Source: Heterodontus francisci
Lineage: Eukaryota
Direction: 5' to 3'
Length of the DNA stretch: 64,000 nucleotides
Assembly (NCBI RefSeq): GCF_036365525.1
Contig: NC_090404.1
Span: 13,854,550-13,918,549 of the forward strand
Each line of letters begins with the position of its first letter. Within the stretch, counting starts at the first letter, position 1. The notes under the pieces are model-generated. The model saw only the letters and a list, made by a program, of their open reading frames with translations. It was not told the DNA's origin and made no database searches. Shown here piece after piece: positions 12,660 through 25,728 of this stretch. The translations under genes and the position numbers were made by a program.

Positions 12660-13915
12660 AGAGCATAAGAAATAGAAGCAGGAATAGACCATACGGCCCT
12701 TGAAGCTGTTCATGGCTGATCCTCGACCTCAACTCTATTTTCACGCCCCCTCCCGATACCCCTTGATTCCCTACGGGACCAAAAATCTGTCTATATCAGC
12801 GCTAAATATATTCAGCGATGGCGCATCCACAACCTTCTGGAGCAGAGAATTCCATAGATTCACTACCCTTTCAGTGAAGACGTTTCTCCTTATCCCAGTC
12901 CTAAATGGTAGGTCCCTTCTTCTGAGATGATGCCCCCCTTTCCATATTCTCCAGCCTGCGAAAACGACCTCCCAGTGTTTACCCTGTCAAGCCCCTTCAG
13001 AATCGTGTATGTTTCAATGAGATAATCTCTCATTCTTCTAAATTCTAAAGATTATAGATCCGATTGCCTCAGTCTCTCATCATAGGACAACCTTTTTATC
13101 CCAGTGACCAATTTAGTGAACGTTCACTGTACCACCTCCATTGCAAGTGTATCCTTCCTTAAATATGGAGACCAAAACTGCACACAGTATTCCAGGTGTG
13201 GTCTCGCCAAACTCCTGTACAATTGTAGCAAGACCTCTTTATTCTTGTACTCCAATCCCATTGCAATAAAGGTCAACATGCCATTTGCCTTCCTAATTGC
13301 TTGCTGTGTCTGTATGCTAGCTTTCTTTGTTCCTTGTACGAGTACACCCAAGTCCCTCTGAACAGTGACATTTACAAGTTTCATGCCTTTAAAAAAAAAG
13401 ATTTTTGCTTTTCCATTCTTAGGACCAAAGAGAATAACCTCACATTCCCCAACCTTATATTTCACCTGCAACCATGTTTCCCACTCACTTAACCTCCCTA
13501 TATCCCTTTACAGCCTTTTTGTGCCCTGAGCACAGCGACAGTGACGACTAGTTTTGTATCATAAGCAAACTTAAGTACATTACTCTCTGCCTTTTCGTCC
13601 GAGTCATGAATGTAGATTGTAAATAGCTGATGCTGCAGCACTGATCTTTGTGGCACTCCACTAGTCACTGTCTGCCAGCTTGAAAATGCCCCATTTATCC
13701 CTCCTCTCTGTTTCCCGCCCATTAACCATGCTCATATATTACCCCCAACTCCATGAGACCTTCTTTGTGGCAACTTATAGAATGCTTTTGGAAATCCAAA
13801 CATAATACTTCTTATGGTTCCCCTTTAGCTACCTTTCTAGTTACATCCTCAAAAAAAACCTCTCATGAATTTGTCAATCACGATTTCCCTTCCATTAAAT
13901 CCTGTAAACATTGTC
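12660..13915 (-). mobile_element. CR1 LINE fragment
   Basis: GVPQRSVL, KFAYDTK and [19 protein letters not shown] motifs. Confidence 0.83.
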
Positions 13916-13951
13916 CGAGCTTACTATGTATTTTTTATTTTATTTTTTTAT

Positions 13952-14237
13952 TTAGAGATACAGCACTGAAACAGGCCCTTCGGCCCACCGAGTCTGTGCC
14001 GACCATCAACCACCCATTTATACTAATCCTACATTAATCCCATATTACCTGCCACATCTCTACAATTCTCCTACCACCTATCTACACTCGGGGCAATTTA
14101 CAATGACCAATTTACCTATCAACCTGCAAGTCTTTGGCTGTGGGAGGAAACCGGAGCAACCGGCGGAAACCCACGCGGTCACAGGGAGTACCCAGAATCG
14201 AACCCGGGTCGCTGGAGCTGTGAGGCTGCGGTGCTAA
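13952..14237 (-). mobile_element. HE1-type tRNA-derived SINE (partial)
   Basis: Shares the AGAGATACAGCACTGAAACAGGCCCTTCGGCCCACC tail and the tRNA B-box with the other copies in the window. Confidence 0.8.
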
Positions 14238-15111
14238 ATTCATTGTTAAGACTTGCTTAATGATAGATTCCAGCATTTTCCCAACAACTGACTGCAACAA
14301 TTCAACTGATGGACCTCAAACATCAGGAACGCAACTGTGAAAAAACAGGGGCGGCTCCATCACAGTTTAGATTTGCAGTATTAGAATTAAATCTGTAAAA
14401 TACGATTAACAGGGACAAGTTTGCTCCAAAATCTTTTCGAAGGTATTATGTTGAGTAAGTACACATTGTACAATATGATTCCCATGTAAAGTTTGGAACC
14501 TTCAGACAGTGGGCTAAAAGCCAACTTTGTTCTGATGGCAACTGTAGTTCATATAACAGGGCGAGTGGGAGTGCAGTGGGTGAATAATTGCCCTTTTCCC
14601 TCTCTCTGGTGGAGGAGTTGGGGGCTCTTTCAGCAGTTCTGCTGGGGAAGTGAAGGTACAATAGAGTAACAATTGCCATTACCCTCTCTATGGTGGAGGA
14701 AGGAGAGGGGTAATCTGGGTACACAAATGCCCTTTCCCCACTTTCTGTTGGGTACAGTTAGTGTTCGCGTGTGTCCCTCACTTCAGTTCCCAGTGGATGC
14801 GATGCAGCAACTTAAGACTGACCTCAATTCTGAAGGGATGGACAACACAAGAAGCAGGGACACCGAAATCCAAATGCGCCACACTTGTTTGTCGGAAATG
14901 AGAAATTTTCAGATTTCCCCCAGCAGGAGGAAAGTTGCTGAAGTTACTTCGTGAAATCTTGTAATGAATTGGCTTCAAGCTGCCTCTAAGCCTTGGGCCC
15001 GAGACCTGCAAGTATCCAACTTAAGATAAACAGTACACCCCTTAGCAAATGTGTGAAATAAAATTAATTGAGCGGTTGTGTATTTCAATCGCGCGATTGG
15101 AAGAAAAGGTC

Positions 15112-15126
15112 TTTATTGGTTTTATT
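15112..15126 (-). terminator. PolyA signals of the secretory IgM form
   Basis: Two AATAAA on the minus strand (15112-15117, 15121-15126), ~30-40 nt after the tail stop codon. Confidence 0.7.
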
Positions 15127-15154
15127 TCAGAATTGAAATACAATCGAGAGATTC

Positions 15155-15546
15155 TCATTGATAAGAATTGATGGCGTCGATCACTACAAGGGGAATGTTC
15201 CCAAAACTCGGTTTACCGTTGGATTTGCTCACCGTCTGGTTGATGATTTTCAAGGGGATCGCTTCATGTCCCACCACACAGGAGTAAGAAGCACCGCTGG
15301 CCCGTTCCTCCGATGCAATGGATAACAGGCTGTAGATGAAGAAGGAGCTATTGTCGTTCTCCGCCATCACCTCTGTGTTCTTGTAGTTGCCGGGATTCAC
15401 CGACTTGTCATTGACGGTCCACTTGACGAAGATCTCTCGGGGGGAGAAACCTGTCACTAAGCAGGTGAGGGAGAGGAACCTCTGAGCGGAGACTTCTTCT
15501 GCCGAGGGCAGGAGAACAGACACAGATGGTTTTCGGAGATCTTTAG
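15155..15546 (-). pseudogene. IGHM: IgM CH4 exon plus secretory tail
   Basis: [64 protein letters not shown]...[23 protein letters not shown]|[20 protein letters not shown]. Matches shark Cmu4. The ORF is open, but the penultimate tail Cys is Tyr. The internal G|GTAAA donor for TM splicing is present. Confidence 0.93.
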
Positions 15547-16043
15547 CTGCAGAAAAAATGAAATATGTGTTAATGAACAGGAGAATTCCAGAGACAATGA
15601 AACGGGCGGTTAGAGGTGAGAGAAATCGGCTATGCGCTGAACTTTCAAGATGTTCCTTTTCCCCTCTGGGTCTTGTCCTGCTTTCCAGTCCAGAGCAGAG
15701 GCGGATTGAATCTTTCTCTCTGAGAACTTAAAGGGTTAGACTGGAAAATTGCATAGATTTTACAGCACAGGAGCAGGCCATTCCACCCAACTAGTCTGTG
15801 CTGGTGTTTATGCTGCACACGAACCTCCTCCCACCTTACCTCGTCTCCTATTCTTTTCTCCCTCATCTTCTTATTTGGATTCCCATTAAATGGATCACCT
15901 ATGGATCCAGAGGATTCCATCAGTGGAATGACAATTAAATGAGCAGAATCATCGATCAGCCCGCTCAATAGGACGAATTGTCCCTTGCACAAACGCAGGA
16001 AATAGGCACAACCTCTCACTTGTGCTTCAATCTCTCCGCTCAC

Positions 16044-16353
16044 CATCTTCCTTGTGGTTGGAATCTCTGAGAGGAGTCGGCAGATCCTGATGGCTCACCA
16101 CGCAGTAGAACTCATTCCCACTCAGCCAGGCTTGTGTCGAGATGTTTACGGTGCTGATCACGCTGTTGGGATCCTCTGCGGGTTGGACGGCAATCTCTGA
16201 TTTCAAAGGCTTCAGTTCGTGGGTCCAGGACACGTTGGACTCCATAAGGAACATTGGACACGACACAGGTTAAGGTCACCGTCGCCTCCAGTAAGACCTG
16301 TTCTATTGATGGTTGCGGCAGAGTAATCATTGGATTTGCGCATGACTGTCCAA
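16044..16353 (-). pseudogene. IGHM: IgM CH3 exon, +1 frameshift
   Basis: [25 protein letters not shown] / [19 protein letters not shown]...[25 protein letters not shown]. There is an extra base at ~16237; the AG and GT splice sites are intact. Confidence 0.93.
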
Positions 16354-16489
16354 CTGTAAAACACAAATGAGAATCAACCAAAGCGTCATCGTCAGAATCA
16401 AGACGCCAATATTCAACCTTCAATCTTAAGGAGAATAAATCAACTTTGACGTATCAAACTCTAACAGTGCATAAACACCATCGTTGTTT

Positions 16490-19400
16490 TTTTTAAAAAA
16501 TTGTTCCAGGGATGCAGTTGGCTATACCAGCACGTATTGCCCATCCCTAATTGCCCTTGAGAAGGTGGTGGTGAGCTGACTTCTTGAACCGCTGTTGTCC
16601 ATGTGCGGTAGGTACACCCACAGTGCTGTTAGGAAGGAAGCTCGAGCATTTTAACCGAGCGACAGGAACGCTGATGTAGTTCCAAGACAGGATGGGGCGT
16701 GGCTTGGAGGGGAACTTGCAGCTGGTGATAGTCCCATGCATCTGCAGCCCTTGTACATCCAGATGGTAGAGGTCACGGGCTTGGAAGATGCTTATGTAAG
16801 AAGGCTTGATGCATTGCTGCAGTGCATCTTGTAGATGGTACATACTGCTGCCACAGTGCATCAGTGATGGAGGGAGAGAACGTGGAAGGTGTTGGATGGG
16901 GTGCCAATCAAGCGGGCTGCTTTGTCCTGGGTGGTGTCGAGCTTCTTGAGTATTGTTGGAGCTGCACCCAACCAGGCAAGTGGAATGTATTTCATCACAC
17001 TCCTGATTTGTGCCTTGTAGATGGTGGACAGGCTTTGGGGAGTCTTGAGGTGAGCTACTCTCACAGGAGTCCTAGCCTCTGACCTGCTCTTGTAGCCACC
17101 GTATGCATATGGGTACTTCAGTTCAGTTTCTGGTCAATGGTAACCCCAGGATGTTGATAGTGGGGGTCTCAATGATCGTAATGCCATTGAATGTCAAGGG
17201 GATATGATTAGATTATCTCCTGTTGGAGATGGTCATTGCCTGCCACCTATATGTCTCGAATGTTACTTGCCACTTATCAGCCCAGGGCCTAGATATTGTC
17301 CAGGTCTTGCTGCATTGCTACACGGACTGCTTCAGTAACTGAGGAGTCAAAAATGGTGCTGAACATTGTGCTATCATCAGCGAACACTCCCACCTCTGAC
17401 CTTATGATTAAAGGAAGGTAATTGACGAAGCAGCTCAAGATGGTTGGGCCTCGGACACTACCTTGAGGAACGTCTGCAGTGATGTCCTGGAGCTCAGATG
17501 ATTGACCTCCAACACCCACAACCATCTTTCATTGCATTAGGTACAACTTCAACCAGCAGAGAGTTTTCCCGCTGATTCGTATTGACGCCAGTTTTGCTAG
17601 GGCTCCTTGATGCCATACTCAGTCAAATGCTGCCTTGATGTCAACGGCAGTCACTGTCAGCTCACCTCTTGATTTAAGCTCTTTTGTCCGTGTTTGAACC
17701 AAGGCTGTAATGAGGTCAGGAGCTGAGTGGCCCTGGCGGAACCCAAACTGAGTGTTACTGAGCAGGTTATTGTTAAGCAAGTGCCGCTTGATAGCACTGT
17801 CGATGACACCTTCCATCATTTTACTGATGATTGAGAGTAGACTGCTGGGCCAGTAATTGTCTGGGTTGGACTTGTCCTGCTTTTTGTGTACAGGATTTAC
17901 TTGGGCAACTTTCCGCATTACCAGGTAGATGCCAGTGTTGTAGTTATACTGGAACAGCTTGGCTAGGGGCGCAGCATGTTCTGGAGCACAGATATTCAGT
18001 ACTATTGCCGGAATGTTGTCAAGGTCCATAGCCTTTTCAGTATCCAGTGCCCTCAATCGTCTCTTGATATCATGTGGAGTGAATCGCATTGGCTGAAGAC
18101 TGGAATCTGTGATGCTGGGGACCTCAAGAGGAGGCCAAGATTGTTGCAAATGCTTCAGTCTTATCTTTTGCACTGATGTTCTGGGCTCCCCCATCATTGC
18201 AGATGGGGATATTTGTGGAGTCTCCTCCTCCTGTCAGTTGTTTAATTGTCCGCCACCATTCACGACTGGATGTGGCAGGACTGCAGAGATTAGATCAGAT
18301 CCGTTGGCTGTGGGAGCATTTAGCCCTGCCTATCGCATGTTGTTTCCACTTTTTGGCATGCAAGTAGTCCTGGGTTGTATCTTCACCCGGTTGACACCTC
18401 ATTTTGAGGAATGCCTGCTGCTGCTCTAGGCATGCCCGCCTGCACTCTTCATTGAACCAGGGTTGGTGCCCTACCTTGATGGGGATATGAGGTTACAGAT
18501 TGCGGTTGAGTACAATGCTGCTGCTGATGGCCCACAGCGCCTTATGGATGCCCAGTTTTGCATTGCTAGTTCTGTTAGAATTCTATCTCATTTAGCACAG
18601 TGGTCGTGCCACGCACCACGATGGTGGGTGCCCTCAGTGTAAAGACGGACTTCGTCTCCATAAGGACTGTGTGGTGGACAGTTCTACCAATACTGTCAAC
18701 GACAGATGCATCTGCAACAGATTGGTGAAGACGAGGTCAAGTAGGCTTGTCCCTCTTTTAAGTTCCGTCACCACCTGCCGCAGACCCAGGCTTGCAGCTC
18801 GGCCACCGAGCCACTATAGGTGATGAAGATTGAAATCCCCCACTCAGAGTGCTTTCTGTGCCTGTGCTACTTCTTCCAGCAGGTGTTCATGAAAAAGCAC
18901 TGATTCATCAGCTGAAAGGGGGGAGAGGAGGGATCCGATGGTATTTGGTAATTAGCAAGAGGTTTCCTTGCCCATGCTTGACCTGATGCCATGAGGCTTC
19001 ATGGGGTCCACATTCCATGGCAGCTTCCTCTCGCCTCTATACCACTGCGCCACTACCTCTGGTAGGACAGAACATACCTAGAGATGGTGATGTCGGTGTC
19101 AGACACATTGTCTGCAAGGTATGATTCGGTGAGTATAACTATGTCAGGCTGTTGTTTTATTAGTCTATGGGACAGCTGGGTTTGCCATTGCCGTTTCTGG
19201 TGCCTGGTTCGACTCGGGGTGATCTGTCCACTTTCATTCCTTTTCTTACACTTTACAGCTGTTTGATGGAACTGAAAGTCTTACAAGGCCAGTTAAGGGT
19301 CAACCACATTGCTGTGGGTCTGGAGTCGCATGCAGGCCATTAGTGGCCCAGATGGGGTTTTACAGCAATCGACAATGGTTGCATGGTCAGCATTAGACTA

Positions 19401-19540
19401 GCTTTTAATTCCAGATTTATTAATCGAATTCAGATTTCATCATGGACCATGGTGGGATTCGAGTTCATGTCCCCAGAGCAATAGACTGGCTCTCTGGATT
19501 ATGAGTCGAGTGACATTGCCACTACACCACGCCTCCCCCG
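16490..19540 (-). mobile_element. Near full-length CR1-clade LINE (APE+RT) with tRNA-like 5' head, filling the CH2-CH3 intron
   Basis: APE start QQPDIVILTESYL (~19150); RT ...PVHKKQDKSNPDNY...QFGFRQGHS...DIKAAFD, VPQGSV and FADD; A-rich 3' end near 16490; A/B-box-like head at 19445-19540. Confidence 0.85.
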
Positions 19541-19564
19541 GGGTTGCAGGGTTATGTCTCTTAC

Positions 19565-19875
19565 CCTGAAATTCGTTGATGTTTCGGCATTGGATGACCC
19601 CTTTATGAGAGACGTGGCAGGTCTCGACCGTGTTGGTGAACCATTCCCCAGAGGGGACTGTCAGCCGACTGGTCGCCAAGCAGTTGCCGTTCACTGCAAA
19701 GGTGGGAGAGGTGATGAAGCCCGAATCCATGTGCTGTCCATTCTTCAGCCAAGTCACTTCATTAATTTTGGATGGAAATGGATGATTGAACACACAACGG
19801 TTGCCAATCTGTTGCTTGTGATTTCTTCATTTCTTCTTAGCGTGGGTATAACGGTTGGATGATGTACCACACGAT
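19565..19875 (-). pseudogene. IGHM: IgM CH2 exon, -1 frameshift
   Basis: [31 protein letters not shown] / [18 protein letters not shown]...[24 protein letters not shown]. Frameshift near 19765; splice sites intact. Confidence 0.92.
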
Positions 19876-20426
19876 CTACAAGAAAATACGTATCATTGGG
19901 ATTTCAATTTGTTGAAATCCAAATCATTAACAACTGTCAAGGTTTTACGTCGAATCTACACAACAGATACAGGCCCAATTGTTCGATACTAGAGTTTATG
20001 CTCCTCAGGAGCATCCTTTCGCCCTGCTTCATCTCGCCGTATCAAAAGAATCTTCTATTCCTTTTTCTCTCATGTACTTATGCAGCTCCCCCTTAAAGAC
20101 ATCTATGGTATTCACCTCAACTATGGTAAATTCCACATTCTGGCTAAAAAGGTTTCTCCAGAATTCCCTGTCGCATTTTTAGTCAATATGTTCTTTACAG
20201 GACCTCCTGTTTTGCTGTAATTTATCAATCTCATTCATATGTTTGAAGGCAAAACCTCATGCCTCCGCCGTCATTTTTATGGAGAAAAGACCACCAGCCT
20301 ATTCAATCTTTGACATGTATAATGTCTCATTTCTGGCATCATCCTTGTAAATAGTTTTTGCGGCTTCTCCAGTGCCCCTGCATCATTCTCCAAGATGGAG
20401 ATCAGAACCATAAACAGGACTCTGTG

Positions 20427-20764
20427 CGTGATATAGAGACCTGAACTGTATATTCAGTACACTAGGTGTGATATGGAGACCTGAACTGTACATTCAGAAC
20501 ACTAGGTGTGATATGGAGACCTGAACTGTATATTCAGTACGCTAGGTGTGATATGGAGACCTGAACTGTATATTCAGTACGCTAGGTGTGATCTGGAGTC
20601 CTGACCTGTCTATTCAGTACGCTAGGTGTGATATGGAGACCTGAACTGTATATTCAGTATGCTAGGTGTGATATGGAGACCTGAACTGTATATTCAGTAT
20701 GCTAGGTGTGATATGGAGACCTGAACTGTCCTTCAGTACGCTAGGTGTGATATGGAGACCTGAA
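20427..20764. repeat. 40-bp minisatellite, ~8.5 copies, in the CH1-CH2 intron
   Basis: Unit GCTAGGTGTGATATGGAGACCTGAACTGTATATTCAGTAC, recurring at 40-nt intervals. Confidence 0.95.
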
Positions 20765-20925
20765 GTATGCACAGATCGTGAATTGTGATATGAAGAACTG
20801 AGCTCCACCCAATGGTCAAAGTCTTGTTTAACCAATTGCCTGTACAATTTGAACATAAGTTCTCCACTTATCATAGATGCCCGTCTCAATCCTCCCCTGC
20901 TGAAACCTCTAGCAGGCAACACTAC

Positions 20926-21226
20926 CGTGGCATTTTCTTGATCCAGACTGACTCTCCGCGTCGAACCTCGCAGTAGATTTTGCTGCTTCCCACCTCTGAC
21001 TCTGTGATGGTTAACTGGCCGCACTGGGTGTAGGTTCCCTTCTTGTTCAGCACTGACGGGTAAGTCTCCAATCCAGTGCTGATCGGTTCTTTATCTTTCT
21101 TCCAGGAAACAGTGGTGATTTCAGGGGAGTAGTCCATCGCCAAACAGCCGTAGGTCATGGAGCCGCCGGTGTTGGGCTGTTCATAGGAGGAGAGCAGGAC
21201 GAAGAGGGTGGGAGGAGACAGTGTCG
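20926..21226 (-). pseudogene. IGHM: IgM CH1 exon
   Basis: [67 protein letters not shown]...[24 protein letters not shown] is very close to horn shark Cmu1 as recalled. The exon is 301 nt, so its donor is in phase 2 and out of frame with CH2. Confidence 0.94.
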
Positions 21227-22749
21227 CTGGGAATGGAAAATAGATTGAGCAAGTTAGAATCTGTGATCGGTGCTTATAAAATAATAAAAGAAGTGAAAGT
21301 TTAACTACTGGTATAATCTAATTCTAACATTTTCCGATCTAAGCCTACTTTTTTGAATTGATAGACTCGACGTGAAATGCCTTTCTGTAACTTCAGTCTT
21401 GTACATAAAGGAAGACACGAGTCTGAAAAGAGTATTCTGGCCTTGAGTCCCCTTTAGACTGAGTGAATTCCGGAATATTGTATCGTTGGCTTCTTCCAGA
21501 TCTTGATCCCCTGTTGAGGAGCACTCCTCAACCACTTTGACATTAGATTTTTCTGAGCTCCTCCCTATATCCTTTTGCTATCAGCCTCTTATGATCTGTA
21601 CACAATTGGTCAATTCCATGCTTCTTTTTTAAGACGCTGCCTTAAAACATATCTTTTGACCAAGCTTTTGATCTACCGTCCGTAAAATGTCTTAGGTGTC
21701 CCAGTGTCAGTTGTAGTCTGACTACACTCCTGTGAAGGGTGTTGGGTCCTTTTATTACGTTAAAGACGCTACATAGATTTAGGTTTTTGTTGCATTCAGC
21801 GGATGCAATTCTTTGAATTGCGAGGGGGTTAATTCTCCTAATCACACAACTCCTACTGCTAAATTTAAAGCCAGCATGTTTATTAAGCATAGCACAGAGT
21901 TATAAAATAATAGAACATTAGAGCACAGCCCAAGGCCATTCGGCCCAGCGTAGCTCTGAAAGCTCGCTCTAGTGATCCCGTCCAGCTTCCAATTCCCAAT
22001 CTCCTTTTCCAAAGTTCCATTACATCGAGCTATTTTGGATTCTGCTCGCAGCATGCTTCCTGATGGGACATTATAGGTCTTAGCAACCCCTGTGCCGAAA
22101 AGTAGATTCATACCCTCTTCATGTAGCCTTCTGCTGCTGATTTTAAATCTGTGTCCTCTACTTACCAACTCAGCAGACTGGGGAAATGTGTTTCCCGAAT
22201 TGCTTTACAAAACCCTTAATAATTCCAAATCCTCCATCAGATCTCACACTGTTCTTTGTTCCCACGACAATAAAGGACGTTTCCAACATACAGCTGAAAC
22301 CCCCTTAAAATTGACTGAATAAATTTAGTGTACGGAGTTCTTTGGAGCGGAAGTCTCGACTTTCTCCATTTAAATCGTCAAAATAACTTCCAGCCTCCCA
22401 TCAGATCAGAACAGACGCTGCTTTCTGGAGCGTTACAGTTACTTCCTGGAACTGTTCGTTCTGAAAGCGCGCTCAAGATCAAGCAATCTCATTCAATGAT
22501 TATCTGATACTTAAAATGTTTCAACATTATTAATTCATTAAAATTTGGGCATGAATGAGTGTTAAAATCAATTAATGTGCAGTCTTTCATCTGGGTAATA
22601 GAACAATTCATTTTCATATATCTGGGTGGAGAACTCAGCTTATTAGTTAGATACAGACTAAGGTTCTTTGAACACTACGGGAAAAAAACACTCTCAGATC
22701 AGATGCAGGACAGTTAAGTTAGAGACAAAAGCGCCATCTGCACGGCTTT

Positions 22750-23070
22750 GTCATGCGCAGTAAGCTCACATAGAGCAAGTGCTGCACTCTGAGGAAAGCC
22801 ACCTCTACACTGAACTGTTAAACACTCCGAGTCAGGTATAGCACTTCTTTGATATAAAACAAAGCCCCCTCTACACTGCTCCATGAAACACCTCCAGACC
22901 AGATTAAACCCGGTTTAGATACAGAGTAATTTCTCCCTCTGCATTGTCCCATCAAACGGTCCCAGGAGAGTTACAGCACTAATTAAATAAACAGTGAAGT
23001 TCCCTTTACATTGCCCAATCAAACACTCCCAAGGCAGACATATTACTGGTTACAAGCTGACCAAAACTGC
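22750..23070. repeat. Degenerate ~65-bp shark satellite-like repeat
   Basis: Recurring CTCTACACTG...AAACACTCC...GATACAGAGTAA units. A reverse-strand relic is present at ~5320-5400. Confidence 0.6.
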
Positions 23071-23215
23071 TTCTACAGTCTGTCTATCGTGTTATTTGTG
23101 ATTGTCACAGACTGGGATACTGGTCTCATTGCTGAGACGCCTAGACAAACTTTAAGTCAGACATTAACATTTCTCACAGATACTTGTTTGTAAAGTAAAT
23201 GGATCAAATTGCAGT

Positions 23216-23470
23216 CTTAGTTTAGTTTAGAGATACAGCACTGAAACAGGCCCTTCGGCCCACCGAGTCTGTGCCGACCATCAACCACCCATTTATACTA
23301 ATCCTACACTAATCCCATATTCCTACCAAACATCCCCACCTGTCCCTATATTTCCCTACCACCTACCTATACTAGGGACAATTTATAACGGCCAATTTAC
23401 CTACCAACCTGCAAGTCTTTTGGCTGTGGGAGGAAACCGGAGCACCCGGAGAAAACCCACGCAGACACCC
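23216..23470 (-). mobile_element. HE1-type SINE (5'-truncated)
   Basis: (TTTAG)n tail plus the conserved HE1 body. Confidence 0.85.
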
Positions 23471-25728
23471 TGAAGTACAGCAGAACGAACCAAAAGGTTA
23501 TCAACCAATCGGGAGGACTCCTGTCCCTGACACAGTGAGCAGGCGCACAGAAACAGAACAGGCACAAACGGTGCAACAATCGGGCTCTCAGCAGATAGAT
23601 CTGCACAATCAGTCAATTTCAATGCAGGTGTTTGACTCTATTTTATCAATTGGCAAATTGCGTTCATTCCAAGGTCTGTAAGATCTTCGAAATTGAACTG
23701 ATATTAATTTCAGAAATTCCCTTTGGCTTCCAACTGTTTCTCCTTGTCAGTCTACAATCTAAAAACATGTAAGATACAGGTTCCCTGATAATGAGCACAT
23801 CAAAATGATTAACATTGTGGGTATTTCGATGGCTGTAACAGGAATGCAGTGATAGAGTAAGAATGTAACAAACCTAGCAAACCGTTTACCCACTGGTTTG
23901 ATATAATTTCATGATTCAATATAATCAATTAAGCAATCTAGGCAAAACATGAAGTTAAATCATTGAAATCTGTGGCGAGACCTTATGGAGCTGAGCACAG
24001 ATGAGCTTACTAAATTAATTCTAGACATAATGAAAAATTCTCTCCAACCCTTGAGATTTTGCACTCAATGTAATCCTGCCACGTATACGACTCAATTTTG
24101 GGAGGTCACTTCTCCTTAATGAATGAGCATTGTTACGAGATTCTAAGTTAATACTCATGTTTGCTGATTTTGTACTGTATTATAAAACATTAGTTAATAT
24201 TAATTCAAGACCTGTTTCTGCCTCGTGTAATATTAAATTAATATGACACTTAATCAATGTTAAATAATAAACATCATATTGATATATGAAAACAGTCACA
24301 TTGAATCACATTTCAATTATTCGAAATGAACAATAACTTCTACTCCTGCCCTGCTTTCTGTCTAGACATTTGTAAACTGCGCATGCGCCTGAATGCATTG
24401 CTACATCATAAACTTGGTATATTCTCAGCGAATATGTCACATGATGGATCTACAAGTGGAATATTTAAAATAGTTCCAAGCCTGGCCGGAGCCGCATTTC
24501 ACTAACAGTCGATGGGCTGTAACATCGCTTGTTTGCTCATGCAAAACCTTCGACTTTAAATATTGTCTTAAACCTTAGCTATATTAAAACATTAACCAAC
24601 AAACACCCGGGCCGTTTGCGATCAGGAACTGTGCTGCCGCTATTTAGTAATACATGCAAGCTTCACGCAATCCCTCTAAATTAATTATTAAATATATTAT
24701 GATATTTATTGAAAGAAGTTCCACAATGATCACTACAAAACGGGACGAGAACAATTCATTAGGTTCTGCAAATTCCGGCAATTTAAATAAAATCATGTGA
24801 GCAATTATTTGACTGCCAGCGCCTTCTATCGCTCAGCAAAATGTTTACAATTGGATCAGTGTTAATTATCTCGCTCTCCAACAACACATGACATTGAAGG
24901 AAGAACAGGGTTTGGGCTGCACGCAAAGGATGTAATAACCAGATATATTACATTGACAAGCTACAATTTACAACTCCTATTTAAAGATGTATGTAAATCC
25001 AAACCTTCATTCTTCTGTTTTAATCAGGGATATAACAATTAATTGCAAACCACTCACCGAGCAGAACCCAGCGGTGGAATCCGTATGTTCTTATTGAAAT
25101 AATTTTAGGCATAATTAAAAATTGCCTCCAGCCTATAACATTTTCTGGTCACGTTAATTGCGTGCAGGACACAGCAGAATTGTGAAAGGCGACTAACGAT
25201 TAATGATCCCTTATCAATATGAGAGCATATTTGGTTAACGTTGCGCAAAATAATTGTTTGAATTAGTGAATTTTACCCTCCAATATGCAAACTTGTTAAT
25301 TATATAGTTTGTAACTGCAGTAACATTTCACGTACTGAGTGAGCATCGTAAACTATGGATTAATAGTTTAATCTGCAATTATCACTGAAATGAAAAATGC
25401 ATTGAAATATCTTTAATATTCTTTTTCAGTTCTGAAACCTGCAATCGTCTTTGAAACTGTTGTAAACACACTTATGTCTTACATTCGATCAGAACTCTGC
25501 AGCGTTCAATGTCACCGAGGTTAAACAATGCAGAAACGATGAACAATTCCACAAATTTTATTGATACATGTTAACACAGACACACACTCTGCTCAGCAGA
25601 TAAAAACCAGGTCACATCATTGAGGGGCTGAATCCTGCTTCAGTACGTTTCATGTGCTGTATCTCTAAACTAAACTAAACATGAAGAAGCAGCTTAACTC
25701 TACAAAACCATTCAGCAGAATCAAATGT

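Noticed and set aside
15155-21226. IgW or IgNAR identity for the constant exons
   Set aside because: Four CH exons, a mu-type secretory tail and close similarity to recalled shark Cmu sequence indicate IgM.
25050-25100. Strong minus-strand donor G|GTGAGT in the JH-CH1 intron (possible sterile-transcript exon)
   Set aside because: An isolated motif with no supporting ORF or promoter. It cannot be supported without RNA data.
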